64,000 nucleotides of DNA from the NCBI GenBank assembly GCA_977020255.1, contig CDROCS010000252.1:1-64000 (forward strand), written 5' to 3'. This document shows positions 1 to 8,902 of this stretch, in pieces. Positions within the stretch are counted from its first letter, which is position 1. Each line of letters begins with the position of its first letter. This stretch comes from Obrimoposthia wandeli. Its lineage: Eukaryota. The notes beneath the pieces are model-generated. The model did not search any database. It was not told the DNA's origin and saw nothing but the letters and a program-made list of their open reading frames with translations. The position numbers and the translations under genes are program-made.

Positions 1-16
1 TGCCAATACTGGTTGG

Positions 17-673
17 CTATGTAGGGAGGTCTGGGTTAATCCGATAGAATATCCACTGCCCTTGCCTGCGATCGATTAATAAACCATTTTTTCTAAGTAA
101 GGCTAGGTGCCGCGAAACTTTAGGTTGTATATCTTTAAGAGCGGCCATCATTTCGCAAACACATAATTCGCCTTCATACTGAATAAGCATTAAACAGCGC
201 AAACGAACCTCATCAGTTAAACTTTTAAAAAACTGAATAGGATCAAACTCTATATTCGGCAGACCTTTTTTGGTTTCAATGAGCACAAACATTGAAATAC
301 GATTACTGATTTCATTCAAAGTCGTTTCAAAAGGATTGAGCCCAACTCTTGTAGCGGGGTCTTCAAAATCCCAATCCATTCTTTTACCAGAGGTAGGGTA
401 GGCTTTACATTCAAGACGAGCCTTATCACAGAGAGAAATAACGTAATCGAAGTCATGATGTTCAAACTCAGAAACATTCTTTGATCGAATAGTCTTTTGG
501 GCTACACCAAATTTTTCTAATACCATTAATGTTTTAGGGTGAACGTCAGCCGGGCGGGTGCCAGCACTGAATACTTCGAAATCACCCCCAGCTATATTGC
601 GAAGAAGAACCTCTGCCATTTGCGATCTAGCAGAGTTGCCTGAACATAAAAATAAAACCTTAGCTTTCTGCAT
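17..673 (-). CDS. ArsC (LMW-PTP type arsenate reductase) - ArsR/SmtB HTH fusion, C-terminus possibly clipped
   Basis: N-terminal LFLCSGNSARSQMAE (CX5R P-loop) and WDFEDP; C-terminal RLRCLMLI..GELCVCEM..QPKVSRHLALLR ArsR HTH; stop TAG at 17-19. Confidence 0.88.
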   Translation of the reverse strand: MQKAKVLFLCSGNSARSQMAEVLLRNIAGGDFEVFSAGTRPADVHPKTLMVLEKFGVAQKTIRSKNVSEFEHHDFDYVISLCDKARLECKAYPTSGKRMDWDFEDPATRVGLNPFETTLNEISNRISMFVLIETKKGLPNIEFDPIQFFKSLTDEVRLRCLMLIQYEGELCVCEMMAALKDIQPKVSRHLALLRKNGLLIDRRQGQWIFYRINPDLPT

Positions 674-726
674 TGCCTAGCTCTTCGATTATATGTAGTG
701 GTAGCAATAATATACCCCGACCAACA

Positions 727-748
727 CATACGCAATAATGTATATATG
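727..748 (-). promoter_or_regulatory. Possible ArsR-type operator (imperfect AT-rich inverted repeat)
   Basis: CATACGCAATAATGTATATATG ~55-75 bp upstream of the arsC-arsR start; CATA/TATG ends. Confidence 0.3.
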
Positions 749-880
749 AATAACAGTATATTAAGACTTACCTCTCTAAAAAGAAGGAAGCAGGCCTGAC
801 TGAATCTTCTCTTGCTTCAACATAGGCATTAATTTTATTAACTCCTAGGGATCCGCTCGTCATATTTTAATAACAGCCAC

Positions 881-920
881 AAAAAAACCGCATCATATTG
901 CTATGAATGCGGTTCTTTTT
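881..920. terminator. Intrinsic terminator downstream of argG
   Basis: AAAAAAACCGCAT...ATGCGGTTCTTTTT hairpin with A/T tracts on both sides. Confidence 0.8.
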
Positions 921-959
921 AGAAAAGCTTAAACGCTATCTTTAGAATCTAGTCAAAGA

Positions 960-2189
960 CTAGTTTCCTAAAGGGTTACGACCTTTCTTAGCAGCAGTAC
1001 GTAGACGTAAAGCATTCAACTTAATGAAGCCTGCAGCGTCTTTCTGATCGTAAGCGCCATCATCGTCTTCGAACGTTGCAATCGCTTCGTCGAACAAGCT
1101 ATCGTCAGACTTACGACCAACAACAATCACGTTGCCTTTATAAAGCTTAAGACGCACATCACCGTTAACAACCGTTTGCGTATTATCGATAGCAGCCTGT
1201 AGCATCAAACGCTCAGGAGACCACCAGTAACCGTTATAGATAAGGTTGGCGTACTTAGGCATTAGCTCATCTTTCAAGTGAGCCACTTCACGGTCTAAGG
1301 TGATTGATTCAATTGCACGGTGTGCTTTCATAAGAACCGTACCGGCTGGAGTCTCGTAGCAACCGCGAGCTTTCATGCCCACATAACGGTTTTCTACGAT
1401 ATCAACACGACCAATACCGTTTTCGCCAGCGGTCTTGTTCAGTTCTTCCATTACAGTCGCAGGAGTCTTATCAACTCCGTCGATTGCAACAACGTCACCG
1501 TTCTTGAACGTAAGCGTTAAATAAGTAGGCTCATCAGGCGCGTTTTCAGGCGACTTAGTCCACAACCACATATCTTCTTCTGGCTCATTCCAAGGATCTT
1601 CTAGAATGTCGCCTTCGTAAGAGATGTGCAGCAAGTTAGCATCCATAGAATAAGGAGACTTCTTGCCTTTTTTCTTTTCAACTTCAATGCCGTGCTTATC
1701 GCAATACGCCATTAAAGATTCGCGAGACGTTAAGTCCCACTCACGCCAAGGCGCGATAACCTGTACGCCAGGCTTAAGCGCATAAGCACCTAGCTCGAAA
1801 CGTACTTGGTCGTTACCTTTACCGGTAGCGCCGTGAGAGATAGCGTCAGCGCCAGTTTCGTTAGCGATTTCAATCAAACGCTTAGCGATTAGCGGGCGAG
1901 CAATCGACGTACCTAGAAGATATTCACCTTCATAGATAGTATTCGCACGGAACATTGGGAATACGAAGTCACGTGCATATTCTTCACGCAAATCGTCAAT
2001 ATAAATTTCTTTAATGCCTAGCGCTTCAGCTTTCGCGCGCGCTGGCTCAACTTCTTCGCCCTGACCAAGGTCAGCAGTGAAGGTTACAACTTCGCAGTTA
2101 TATTCTTCTTGAAGCCATTTAACAATTACAGACGTATCCAGACCACCGGAGTACGCCAACACCACTTTTTTGATGTCAGACATATACAT
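960..2189 (-). CDS. argG: Argininosuccinate synthase
   Basis: [44 protein letters not shown] motifs. Confidence 0.98.
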   Translation of the reverse strand: MYMSDIKKVVLAYSGGLDTSVIVKWLQEEYNCEVVTFTADLGQGEEVEPARAKAEALGIKEIYIDDLREEYARDFVFPMFRANTIYEGEYLLGTSIARPLIAKRLIEIANETGADAISHGATGKGNDQVRFELGAYALKPGVQVIAPWREWDLTSRESLMAYCDKHGIEVEKKKGKKSPYSMDANLLHISYEGDILEDPWNEPEEDMWLWTKSPENAPDEPTYLTLTFKNGDVVAIDGVDKTPATVMEELNKTAGENGIGRVDIVENRYVGMKARGCYETPAGTVLMKAHRAIESITLDREVAHLKDELMPKYANLIYNGYWWSPERLMLQAAIDNTQTVVNGDVRLKLYKGNVIVVGRKSDDSLFDEAIATFEDDDGAYDQKDAAGFIKLNALRLRTAAKKGRNPLGN

Positions 2190-2245
2190 GCTCTCGTTAT
2201 TGCAACTCGTATTGAGTTGGGGTAAATAAAAATTTTAGGGCGCAA

Positions 2246-2298
2246 ATTCTACTACAGTCACCTCTTAATGAACAGATATCGCAGAGATGTAGTAGAAT
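2246..2298. promoter_or_regulatory. Divergent argG/queC sigma70-like -10 elements
   Basis: TGTAGTAGAAT on + at 2288-2298 and on - at 2246-2256; additional TGTATAAT near 2318-2325. Confidence 0.5.
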
Positions 2299-2368
2299 GG
2301 CAAAATTAATGGTCAGCTGTATAATGGCCAAACTTTCTTATCCAAACAGTCAACTATCTAGTTAAGCA

Positions 2369-3082
2369 GTGAGATTTCTTATGTCTGATACCTCTTCCGA
2401 TCAACTTTCCACAAAACAAGAGAAGCCAAAAGCCGTTGTTATCTACTCAGGTGGTATGGATTCTTATACCATTTTGAATAAAGCGAAAGCGGAAGGTTAT
2501 GACCTGTACGCCCTTACCTTTGATTATGGCCAGAAGCACGATAAAGAAATTGAATTCGCCAGTGATGCCTGTAAAGAACTAGAGATCAATCATAAGATTA
2601 TCGATATCACGGCGATCAACCAGCTATTGCAGAGCTCTTCTTTGACGTCAGATATTGAAATTCCTGAAGGTCATTATGAATCGGCCAGCATGAAGTCAAC
2701 TGTCGTGCCGAACCGTAATATGATTTTATTATCGTTAGCGATTGGCTATGCCGTTGATATTGGCGCCAACAAAGTATTCTACGGCGCTCACTCAGGTGAT
2801 CACGCCATCTACCCGGATTGCCGCCCAGATTTTGTGCACGCGATGAATAAGGTCGCCAAACTGGCTAACTATGAGCCTGTGGATATCGTGACCCCGTATT
2901 TGAACAGCGACAAATCAGAAATTTTAGCCGATGGCCTTAAAATGGGCTTAGATTACGGAAAATCTTGGACCTGTTATAATGGCCGTGAAAAGGCCTGTGG
3001 CAAATGTGGTTCTTGTGTCGAACGTTTAGAAGCGTTTGAATTAAACAAGACAACTGATCCATTGGCTTATGAAGCCCTTTAG
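2369..3082 (+). CDS. queC: 7-cyano-7-deazaguanine synthase (likely start ATG 2381)
   Basis: [31 protein letters not shown] Zn motif. Confidence 0.96.
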   Translation: MRFLMSDTSSDQLSTKQEKPKAVVIYSGGMDSYTILNKAKAEGYDLYALTFDYGQKHDKEIEFASDACKELEINHKIIDITAINQLLQSSSLTSDIEIPEGHYESASMKSTVVPNRNMILLSLAIGYAVDIGANKVFYGAHSGDHAIYPDCRPDFVHAMNKVAKLANYEPVDIVTPYLNSDKSEILADGLKMGLDYGKSWTCYNGREKACGKCGSCVERLEAFELNKTTDPLAYEAL

Positions 3083-3110
3083 ACACTATTAAAAAGTTAA
3101 GTAAGCAGTA

Positions 3111-3809
3111 ATGACAAAGACTTATCGCGTAAAAGAGATTTTTTATACTCTACAAGGGGAAGGCGCTCAAGCAGGTCGCCCTTCTGTTTTCTGCCGTTTC
3201 AGCAAATGCAATTTGTGGAATGGTAAAGAAGAATCTCGTGCGCAATCGGTTTGTGATTTCTGCGATACCGACTTTGTCGGCACCGACGGTGAAAATGGCG
3301 GAATCTATTCTGCTTCAGAACTTGTTCAACTTATTGCTTCTTTATGGCCGGGGAATCCTTCTCCTCAAACAAAAAGAAAGAATCAAGGCTCTCCTTATAT
3401 TGTGTGCACGGGTGGCGAACCCCTATTACAGCTCGACGAGCCGTTAATAGATGTTATGCATGAATACGGTTTCGAAATTGCTGTAGAAACAAATGGTACA
3501 TTACCGGCCCCTGAAGGCCTCGACTGGATCTGTTTAAGCCCTAAGGCTGACGCTGAATTATCGTTATTAGAGTGTGATGAGTTAAAACTGGTTTATCCAC
3601 AACCTCTTGCGATGCCTGAATCATTTGAGCATGTAATAGCCAGTCATCGATACTTACAACCTATGGCCGATGCATCATTAGATTATATTGTATCCGATGC
3701 GTATGAAGGTCTATCCCAAAGCAATACTCAAAAGGCAACCAACTACTGCCTGAAACATCCACAGTGGAAGTTAAGTCTACAAACCCATAAGATGCTTGGC
3801 ATAGAATAA
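3111..3809 (+). CDS. queE: 7-carboxy-7-deazaguanine synthase (radical SAM)
   Basis: KEIFYTLQGEG, CX14CX2C, TGGEPLLQ, ETNGT, WKLSLQTHK; adjacent to queC. Confidence 0.95.
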   Translation: MTKTYRVKEIFYTLQGEGAQAGRPSVFCRFSKCNLWNGKEESRAQSVCDFCDTDFVGTDGENGGIYSASELVQLIASLWPGNPSPQTKRKNQGSPYIVCTGGEPLLQLDEPLIDVMHEYGFEIAVETNGTLPAPEGLDWICLSPKADAELSLLECDELKLVYPQPLAMPESFEHVIASHRYLQPMADASLDYIVSDAYEGLSQSNTQKATNYCLKHPQWKLSLQTHKMLGIE

Positions 3810-3828
3810 TTTCCCGCAAGGAAGTGAC

Positions 3829-4635
3829 ATGCCAACAACAGACATCCTTAAGTTCAATGTGGAAAGCCACATTGCAACGATTACGTTAAACCAGCCAGAA
3901 ACCCGCAACTCTATTTCAGAATTTGAAATGATCGATGCCATCGTTTCTGCCTGTGACGAACTCAATCGAAACTCTGATATTCGTGTCGCCATTTTAACCG
4001 GTGCAGGCAGTGCCTTTTGCTCGGGTGGCAATGTTAAAGATATGCGCGATAAAAAAGGCATGTTTGCAGGTTCAAGCGACGAGCTTGCCGATAACTATCG
4101 TAATGGCATTCAAAGAATTCCTTTAGCGTTAAGCCAAGTTGAAATCCCCTTAATCGCCGCCGTAAATGGCCCAGCCGTCGGCGCCGGTTGCGACCTAACC
4201 TGCATGTGCGATATTCGTATTGCCTCAGACAAAGCCAAATTTTCAGAAAGTTTTATTAAAGTTGGAATTATTCCTGGTGATGGCGGCGCTTGGTTTTTAC
4301 CGCGCATTATCGGCATCAGCCGTGCCTCGCAAATGGCCTTAACCGGACAAATGATTGATGCTCAAACTGCCTTACAGTGGAACCTAGTCTCTGAAGTGGT
4401 TGAGCATGATGATTTGATGCAACGTGCAAATGAATTAGCCCAACAAATCGCCAACAACCCTCCTCAAGTTATTCGCGCGACTAAGCGTTTATTAAAGCTA
4501 GGCCAAACTATGGAGTTGCCTGAATTACTTGATGAGTCTGCCAAGGTACAAGCACAAATGCACGCCACTGAAGATCATCTAGAAGCGGTGAATGCGTTTT
4601 TAGAAAAGCGCTCTCCCGATTTTAAAGGCTGTTAA
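3829..4635 (+). CDS. Enoyl-CoA hydratase/isomerase (crotonase) family
   Basis: AFCSGGNV, IAAVNGPAVGAG, FSESFIKVGIIPGDGG. Confidence 0.93.
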   Translation: MPTTDILKFNVESHIATITLNQPETRNSISEFEMIDAIVSACDELNRNSDIRVAILTGAGSAFCSGGNVKDMRDKKGMFAGSSDELADNYRNGIQRIPLALSQVEIPLIAAVNGPAVGAGCDLTCMCDIRIASDKAKFSESFIKVGIIPGDGGAWFLPRIIGISRASQMALTGQMIDAQTALQWNLVSEVVEHDDLMQRANELAQQIANNPPQVIRATKRLLKLGQTMELPELLDESAKVQAQMHATEDHLEAVNAFLEKRSPDFKGC

Positions 4636-4639
4636 AAAA

Positions 4640-5818
4640 ATGACTTCGATGAGTTCACGTATTGGTTTTATTATTTGTCTGATTTTTTCTACTACAGCTT
4701 GTTTAAGTAACGACAAGATAACGACGGATCAGACTGATAGTCGTCATAGTATTTCTAGCCAAATAACGTTAGATAAAACGCGAACAACGAAAGCGCCTTC
4801 GCATCATATTAATGGCAAGTTCCGCAACCCTTACCTGCCTGAAGATTTTCAACCAAGCACCCTCGCCTTTTTAAAAGCCCGCTTCTTTGACGACATGCAA
4901 TGGCCAGATGAACCCGAGAATTACCGCGAACATTGGCAAGCCGCCGATTTAGAGAAAATTCACAATCCCAATTTTAATAAAGCACAAGCGACACTCATCG
5001 GCCACTCAACCGTATTATTACAATACCAGGGGATCAATATACTGACTGATCCTATGTTTTCTGAGCGCCCTTTTCTCACACAAAGTTTTGGTCCAAAGCG
5101 CTACACGCCTCCTGCACTAACAATCGAGCAATTGCCTAACATCGATATTATTGTGATTTCTCATAATCATTATGATCATCTCGATGTCAATTCTGTAAAA
5201 GCCCTGACCAGTTCTAGTTTTATAAAAAACACCAATGGCACTCAGCCTCTGTGGCTCGTGCCATTGGGATTAAAAAAATGGTTTGCGCAGTTTGATGTTA
5301 ATAACATTCAAGAAATGGATTGGTGGCAAAAGATTACTGTGGGTGAGGTAACCATCCAAGCACAGCCGAGTCAGCACTGGTCCCGTAGAAGTATCTTTGA
5401 TACTAACGAAAGTTTGTGGGCATCTTGGGCATTTATTTGGCCAGCCAGTAATGATGATGAGAATTCTGTTGATAAATTTACGGCGTGGTTTGGTGGAGAT
5501 ACGGCCTACAACCCCTATCAATTTAAAGAGATTGGCCAAGCCTTAGGCGAAGTGGATTTAGCGATGATTCCTATCGGCGCTTATGAACCACGCTGGTTTA
5601 TGAAAACCCAACACGTGAATCCATTAGATGCGGTAGAAATATTTAAAGATATAAATGCCAAATCAGCCTTCGGCATTCACTGGAATACGTTTGTATTAAC
5701 CGCTGAAGCCGTTGATGAGCCGCCCAAAGCCCTTGAGCGAGCTCTGCAAAAAAACGGGATTGATGCAGAGCTATTTCAAGCGATGAATATTGGGGGTACT
5801 TGGATTCAAGCTAACTGA
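4640..5818 (+). CDS. Exported MBL-fold hydrolase, NAPE-PLD/RomA-like
   Basis: IGHSTVLL, ILTDPMFSER, SHNHYDHLD, QHWSRR, GDTAY, PIGAYEPRWFM, HWNTF; N-terminal signal with Cys (possible lipoprotein). Confidence 0.88.
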   Translation: MTSMSSRIGFIICLIFSTTACLSNDKITTDQTDSRHSISSQITLDKTRTTKAPSHHINGKFRNPYLPEDFQPSTLAFLKARFFDDMQWPDEPENYREHWQAADLEKIHNPNFNKAQATLIGHSTVLLQYQGINILTDPMFSERPFLTQSFGPKRYTPPALTIEQLPNIDIIVISHNHYDHLDVNSVKALTSSSFIKNTNGTQPLWLVPLGLKKWFAQFDVNNIQEMDWWQKITVGEVTIQAQPSQHWSRRSIFDTNESLWASWAFIWPASNDDENSVDKFTAWFGGDTAYNPYQFKEIGQALGEVDLAMIPIGAYEPRWFMKTQHVNPLDAVEIFKDINAKSAFGIHWNTFVLTAEAVDEPPKALERALQKNGIDAELFQAMNIGGTWIQAN

Positions 5819-5825
5819 TTCAGCC

Positions 5826-6521
5826 TTAGCTAGTAGCTTGCGTTGGCTGACGACGTAATAACAAGATAATAACTAATAATAGTAGAAGACCAATTAGACA
5901 CAGTAAGCCAATAATAAACAGACTATTATCAGAATCTTTATTCTCGATAAGATTTATGTCCGAGGCTTGCTGACCTAATTTACGCTCTACTGGTTTAAAG
6001 CCATTTGAGATACTAACTTGAGCAATAGATAGAGCGGGCTCGACTAATATTTGAGAAGGATATGATACTTCAACAACTTTACCTGACTGAGTACCGAATT
6101 TAATATTAGCGAGTTCAATGTTAACGGCTTTATTGGTTTTAGTAGAAAATCCAATACGAGCAAGATGTCCCTCCCCCATTACGGGCTCCGACGGTTTTAA
6201 TAAGCTAATAGCGTAACGGATTCGTCCCGTTCTAACATCGACATTATTTGCAATTTCATAAGCAGACTCTGAAAAAAACTCACCCTTTTGAATTTGTGGT
6301 CCAGATAGTTTCGAATTGACATCAACGACAGATAAAGCCTCATTTGAATAAAAGACTTCCAACTCCATACCATAGGAAGCAGGTATATTTTCTCCGTGAA
6401 AATCTAACCAACGAATACCATCAAGGTCTTCCGTTGAAACTTGTATTCGTCCTTCACCTAGAGCAAGACTTGATAATAAGAATAAAGAGAGTGATAAAGA
6501 TAGAGATAAAAGGTACTTCAT
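5826..6521 (-). CDS. Signal peptide + single cohesin-like domain + C-terminal transmembrane anchor
   Basis: YGMELEVFY..LSVVD..QIQKGEFF..NNVD..GRIRYAISLLKP.EPV.GEG.LARI.F pattern typical of non-cellulosomal cohesin domains; hydrophobic LFIIGLLCLIGLLLLLVIILLL followed by RR. Confidence 0.78.
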   Translation of the reverse strand: MKYLLSLSLSLSLFLLSSLALGEGRIQVSTEDLDGIRWLDFHGENIPASYGMELEVFYSNEALSVVDVNSKLSGPQIQKGEFFSESAYEIANNVDVRTGRIRYAISLLKPSEPVMGEGHLARIGFSTKTNKAVNIELANIKFGTQSGKVVEVSYPSQILVEPALSIAQVSISNGFKPVERKLGQQASDINLIENKDSDNSLFIIGLLCLIGLLLLLVIILLLRRQPTQATS

Positions 6522-6538
6522 AGTTCTTCCTTAAAATA

Positions 6539-6565
6539 TGATCCCGAACCAACTGTTCGAGATCA
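6539..6565 (-). terminator. Stem-loop between paralog A and the cohesin anchor gene
   Basis: Minus strand TGATCTCGAAC-AGTTG-GTTCGGGATCA followed by TATTTT, immediately before the AAGGAAG RBS. Confidence 0.6.
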
Positions 6566-6587
6566 CATTATCTAACAAGTTAACTCA

Positions 6588-8702
6588 TCACTGCAATGGA
6601 TTACATTGAGTAGAACCAAAATGGCTACCCAAAATCGCCAAATCCTGAATATTAATGGTGCCATCCTTATTCAAATCGGCTTTAGCATCATAGTCTGCAT
6701 CACCTTGATTTGAACGATAACGTGCAGCCATAAAAGTAAAGTCTGCAATATCAATACTACCATCGGCATTAACATCGCCTGCTAACAGCTCAATTGAGCC
6801 AAGATCTACAGCAGCACCTTCTTCAATATTCGCTGCCTGACAGCTTTGAACGTAATTTTCAGAAGCCAAACTAATAATGAATTCACCATCACGCAAGCCA
6901 TCAAACTCAAAACGTCCTGTTTCATCGGTAATTACAGTAACCTGACGGCCATCGATCGTTAAGACGACTTCAATGCCCGAATAATCTGAAACACCTGGTA
7001 TCTCAATCACACCCGATACCGAACCTGAGCCGCCATGTACACCGTCATCGATACGGATTGTGGCTGGAGTTAAAGCGACTTGTAATAGCTGGCCATTTTC
7101 ATCAGATATTTCAGCTGCACAAGTAATTTGAACATCTCCCGTAGTAAAATCAGCGATAACATCCGCTAGTACAAAACTACCAGTACCTGCGAAGGACAAT
7201 TCAGGTGCAACTAAAGTTTCAGTTCCTGTCACAGAGCTAGCGCTATACATTAATGGCAAAGTCATCGAGTTCTGAGAACCGAATAAGCCATTATAGCTGG
7301 CCTGGGTTACAGATAAAGAAGCACTTGAAAGATTACAGCTAACATCTAAGCCGTAGATATCAGTACCTGAAACATCGATTGAGAATTCCGATAGCTGGCT
7401 GGCATACGGGTCAATCACAGAGATTGCAGGAGTAATTACGATTTCATTCCCAGCCTTAGACTTCAAACTTAACCAGCTTAAGCTGGATTCAAACTTAATG
7501 TCATTTTCAACTTTTTTCATAATGAGGTCATAAACAATAGCAATATCACCATCTATAGAAAGTTGATCGATTAATTTTGTTTGGAACTCTGTGGCATTTG
7601 GATCTTCAGGGAAAATGGCATTACGGTCGACTACCTGATCTGATTCAAAGTCGTATAGATAAAATTCAGTTCCACCAACCTCATCATCTGTTCCATTATC
7701 ACTACGTACATATTGAACGAGTCCGTTATTAGTCAATAATCGAGGTAATAAGCCACCATAACCGAAGACATCAAACGGCACCTTATGCTCAACAATATTT
7801 GAAGCTATTGTATCAATTAATAGTATAACCAACTCACCCTCATCATTTCTTGCAGGTAAGGTTATATATTTACCATTATTTGAGATCAAAGCCGTATGCT
7901 GGATACCCTTAGTAATATTGATGTCATAAGTTAAAGGGATTAGATCTCTTATCGATAATAAATTCCTAGTCACTACATTGTATTTGTAAAATCGACTAGC
8001 ACCTTCCAAACTTTTAGATTCATAATCTGCCTGTAATATCATATCTCCTTGGTTATTAATATCTAAACCATGAGCCCCAGATAGCTTTTCTAAATTTACA
8101 ACATTTCCATTTAATAAAGTATGAGAGACTGGAACCAGCGTTTCTTCATTACTTAGCTTATTGAAAATTAATGTATTACCACCTCTATCATATTTTAGAA
8201 ATTGACCATTGGGAGATACCGACCATAATGTTTCCACATCAGACTTATAGATTGATATTTCCTGACTGATGAAACTGTATCGATAAGCTATACTCGAAGT
8301 CACACTGCTATTAACTTGGACTTCATGAGTGAACAAAATACTTCCTGCTGTCTCATCTTCGAAGAATATAAGTGAAAATGACATTCCATTTTTTTTAGAA
8401 TTTTTCATAATACGAGCAGATGATAAAGTTATATTTGAAATCCTATCATATCGGTGAATAATATAATCGACAGTCAAAGGGTCAACTACATTTTCATGCT
8501 CGGTTACATAAACAATATATTTACCATTCGACGTGATATCAGTTCCTGTTCCTCGTAAAAATAATAAAGACACCATAGGTTTATTACCCTGATCGCCTAA
8601 ACTTACCCCATCAAAATTAGGATTTACAGGAAAGCTTTCTGGTATGACTGCAGATGAAATCTGCACTATAAATAGTAAAATAAACGTGGTGAGTAGTCGC
8701 AT
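6588..8702 (-). CDS. Secreted modular protein A: propeller-like N-domain + cohesin-like + X-module + dockerin
   Basis: Sec signal MRLLTTFILLFIVQISSA; repeats S[NP]NG[KQ][YF]; C-terminal GDVNADGSIDIAD...ADLNKDGTINIQD duplicated Ca-binding dockerin loops. Confidence 0.85.
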   Translation of the reverse strand: MRLLTTFILLFIVQISSAVIPESFPVNPNFDGVSLGDQGNKPMVSLLFLRGTGTDITSNGKYIVYVTEHENVVDPLTVDYIIHRYDRISNITLSSARIMKNSKKNGMSFSLIFFEDETAGSILFTHEVQVNSSVTSSIAYRYSFISQEISIYKSDVETLWSVSPNGQFLKYDRGGNTLIFNKLSNEETLVPVSHTLLNGNVVNLEKLSGAHGLDINNQGDMILQADYESKSLEGASRFYKYNVVTRNLLSIRDLIPLTYDINITKGIQHTALISNNGKYITLPARNDEGELVILLIDTIASNIVEHKVPFDVFGYGGLLPRLLTNNGLVQYVRSDNGTDDEVGGTEFYLYDFESDQVVDRNAIFPEDPNATEFQTKLIDQLSIDGDIAIVYDLIMKKVENDIKFESSLSWLSLKSKAGNEIVITPAISVIDPYASQLSEFSIDVSGTDIYGLDVSCNLSSASLSVTQASYNGLFGSQNSMTLPLMYSASSVTGTETLVAPELSFAGTGSFVLADVIADFTTGDVQITCAAEISDENGQLLQVALTPATIRIDDGVHGGSGSVSGVIEIPGVSDYSGIEVVLTIDGRQVTVITDETGRFEFDGLRDGEFIISLASENYVQSCQAANIEEGAAVDLGSIELLAGDVNADGSIDIADFTFMAARYRSNQGDADYDAKADLNKDGTINIQDLAILGSHFGSTQCNPLQ

Positions 8703-8902
8703 ATTAAATCTCTTTTTTTTATGAGACGCGACTCTAAAAGAAGAGAGTAAAAAAAAGAATACCTGACTTTACGATAAGCTTAGATATACTAAATAAGTAC
8801 CAGTGAATAATTATTGTACTATCCAATTCACATTAATAACGTAATCGTTTAGAAATTAAATATTCGGCCTCAAAAATATTTGAGACCGACGTACTAATTA
8901 AT
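8703..8902 (-). promoter_or_regulatory. Duplicated intergenic cassette copy 1 (terminator of B + promoter of A)
   Basis: Colinear with 11012-11208: ACTCTAAA, AAAAGAAT.C..G.CTTTAC, TATACTAAATAAGTACC, TTATTGTACTATCCAATT, TCGGCCTCAAAA..GACCGACGTACT. Confidence 0.75.
8864..8889 (-). terminator. Stem-loop terminator after paralog B
   Basis: Minus strand TCGGTCTCAAA-TATT-TTTGAGGCCGA then AT-rich tract. Confidence 0.6.

Noticed and set aside
2190-2380. preQ1 riboswitch upstream of queC and ARG box upstream of argG
   Set aside because: No preQ1 stem/A-tract pattern found; best ARG-box candidate (AATGAACAGATATCGCAG) matches only one half
5826-5920. GlyGly-CTERM or PEP-CTERM sorting signal on the cohesin anchor
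   Set aside because: Hydrophobic helix and RR are present, but the GG or VPEP signature preceding the helix is absent
6478-6512. LSLSLSLSL dipeptide repeat in the anchor signal peptide as a phase-variable SSR
   Set aside because: Codons are heterogeneous, so there is no perfect nucleotide tandem repeat
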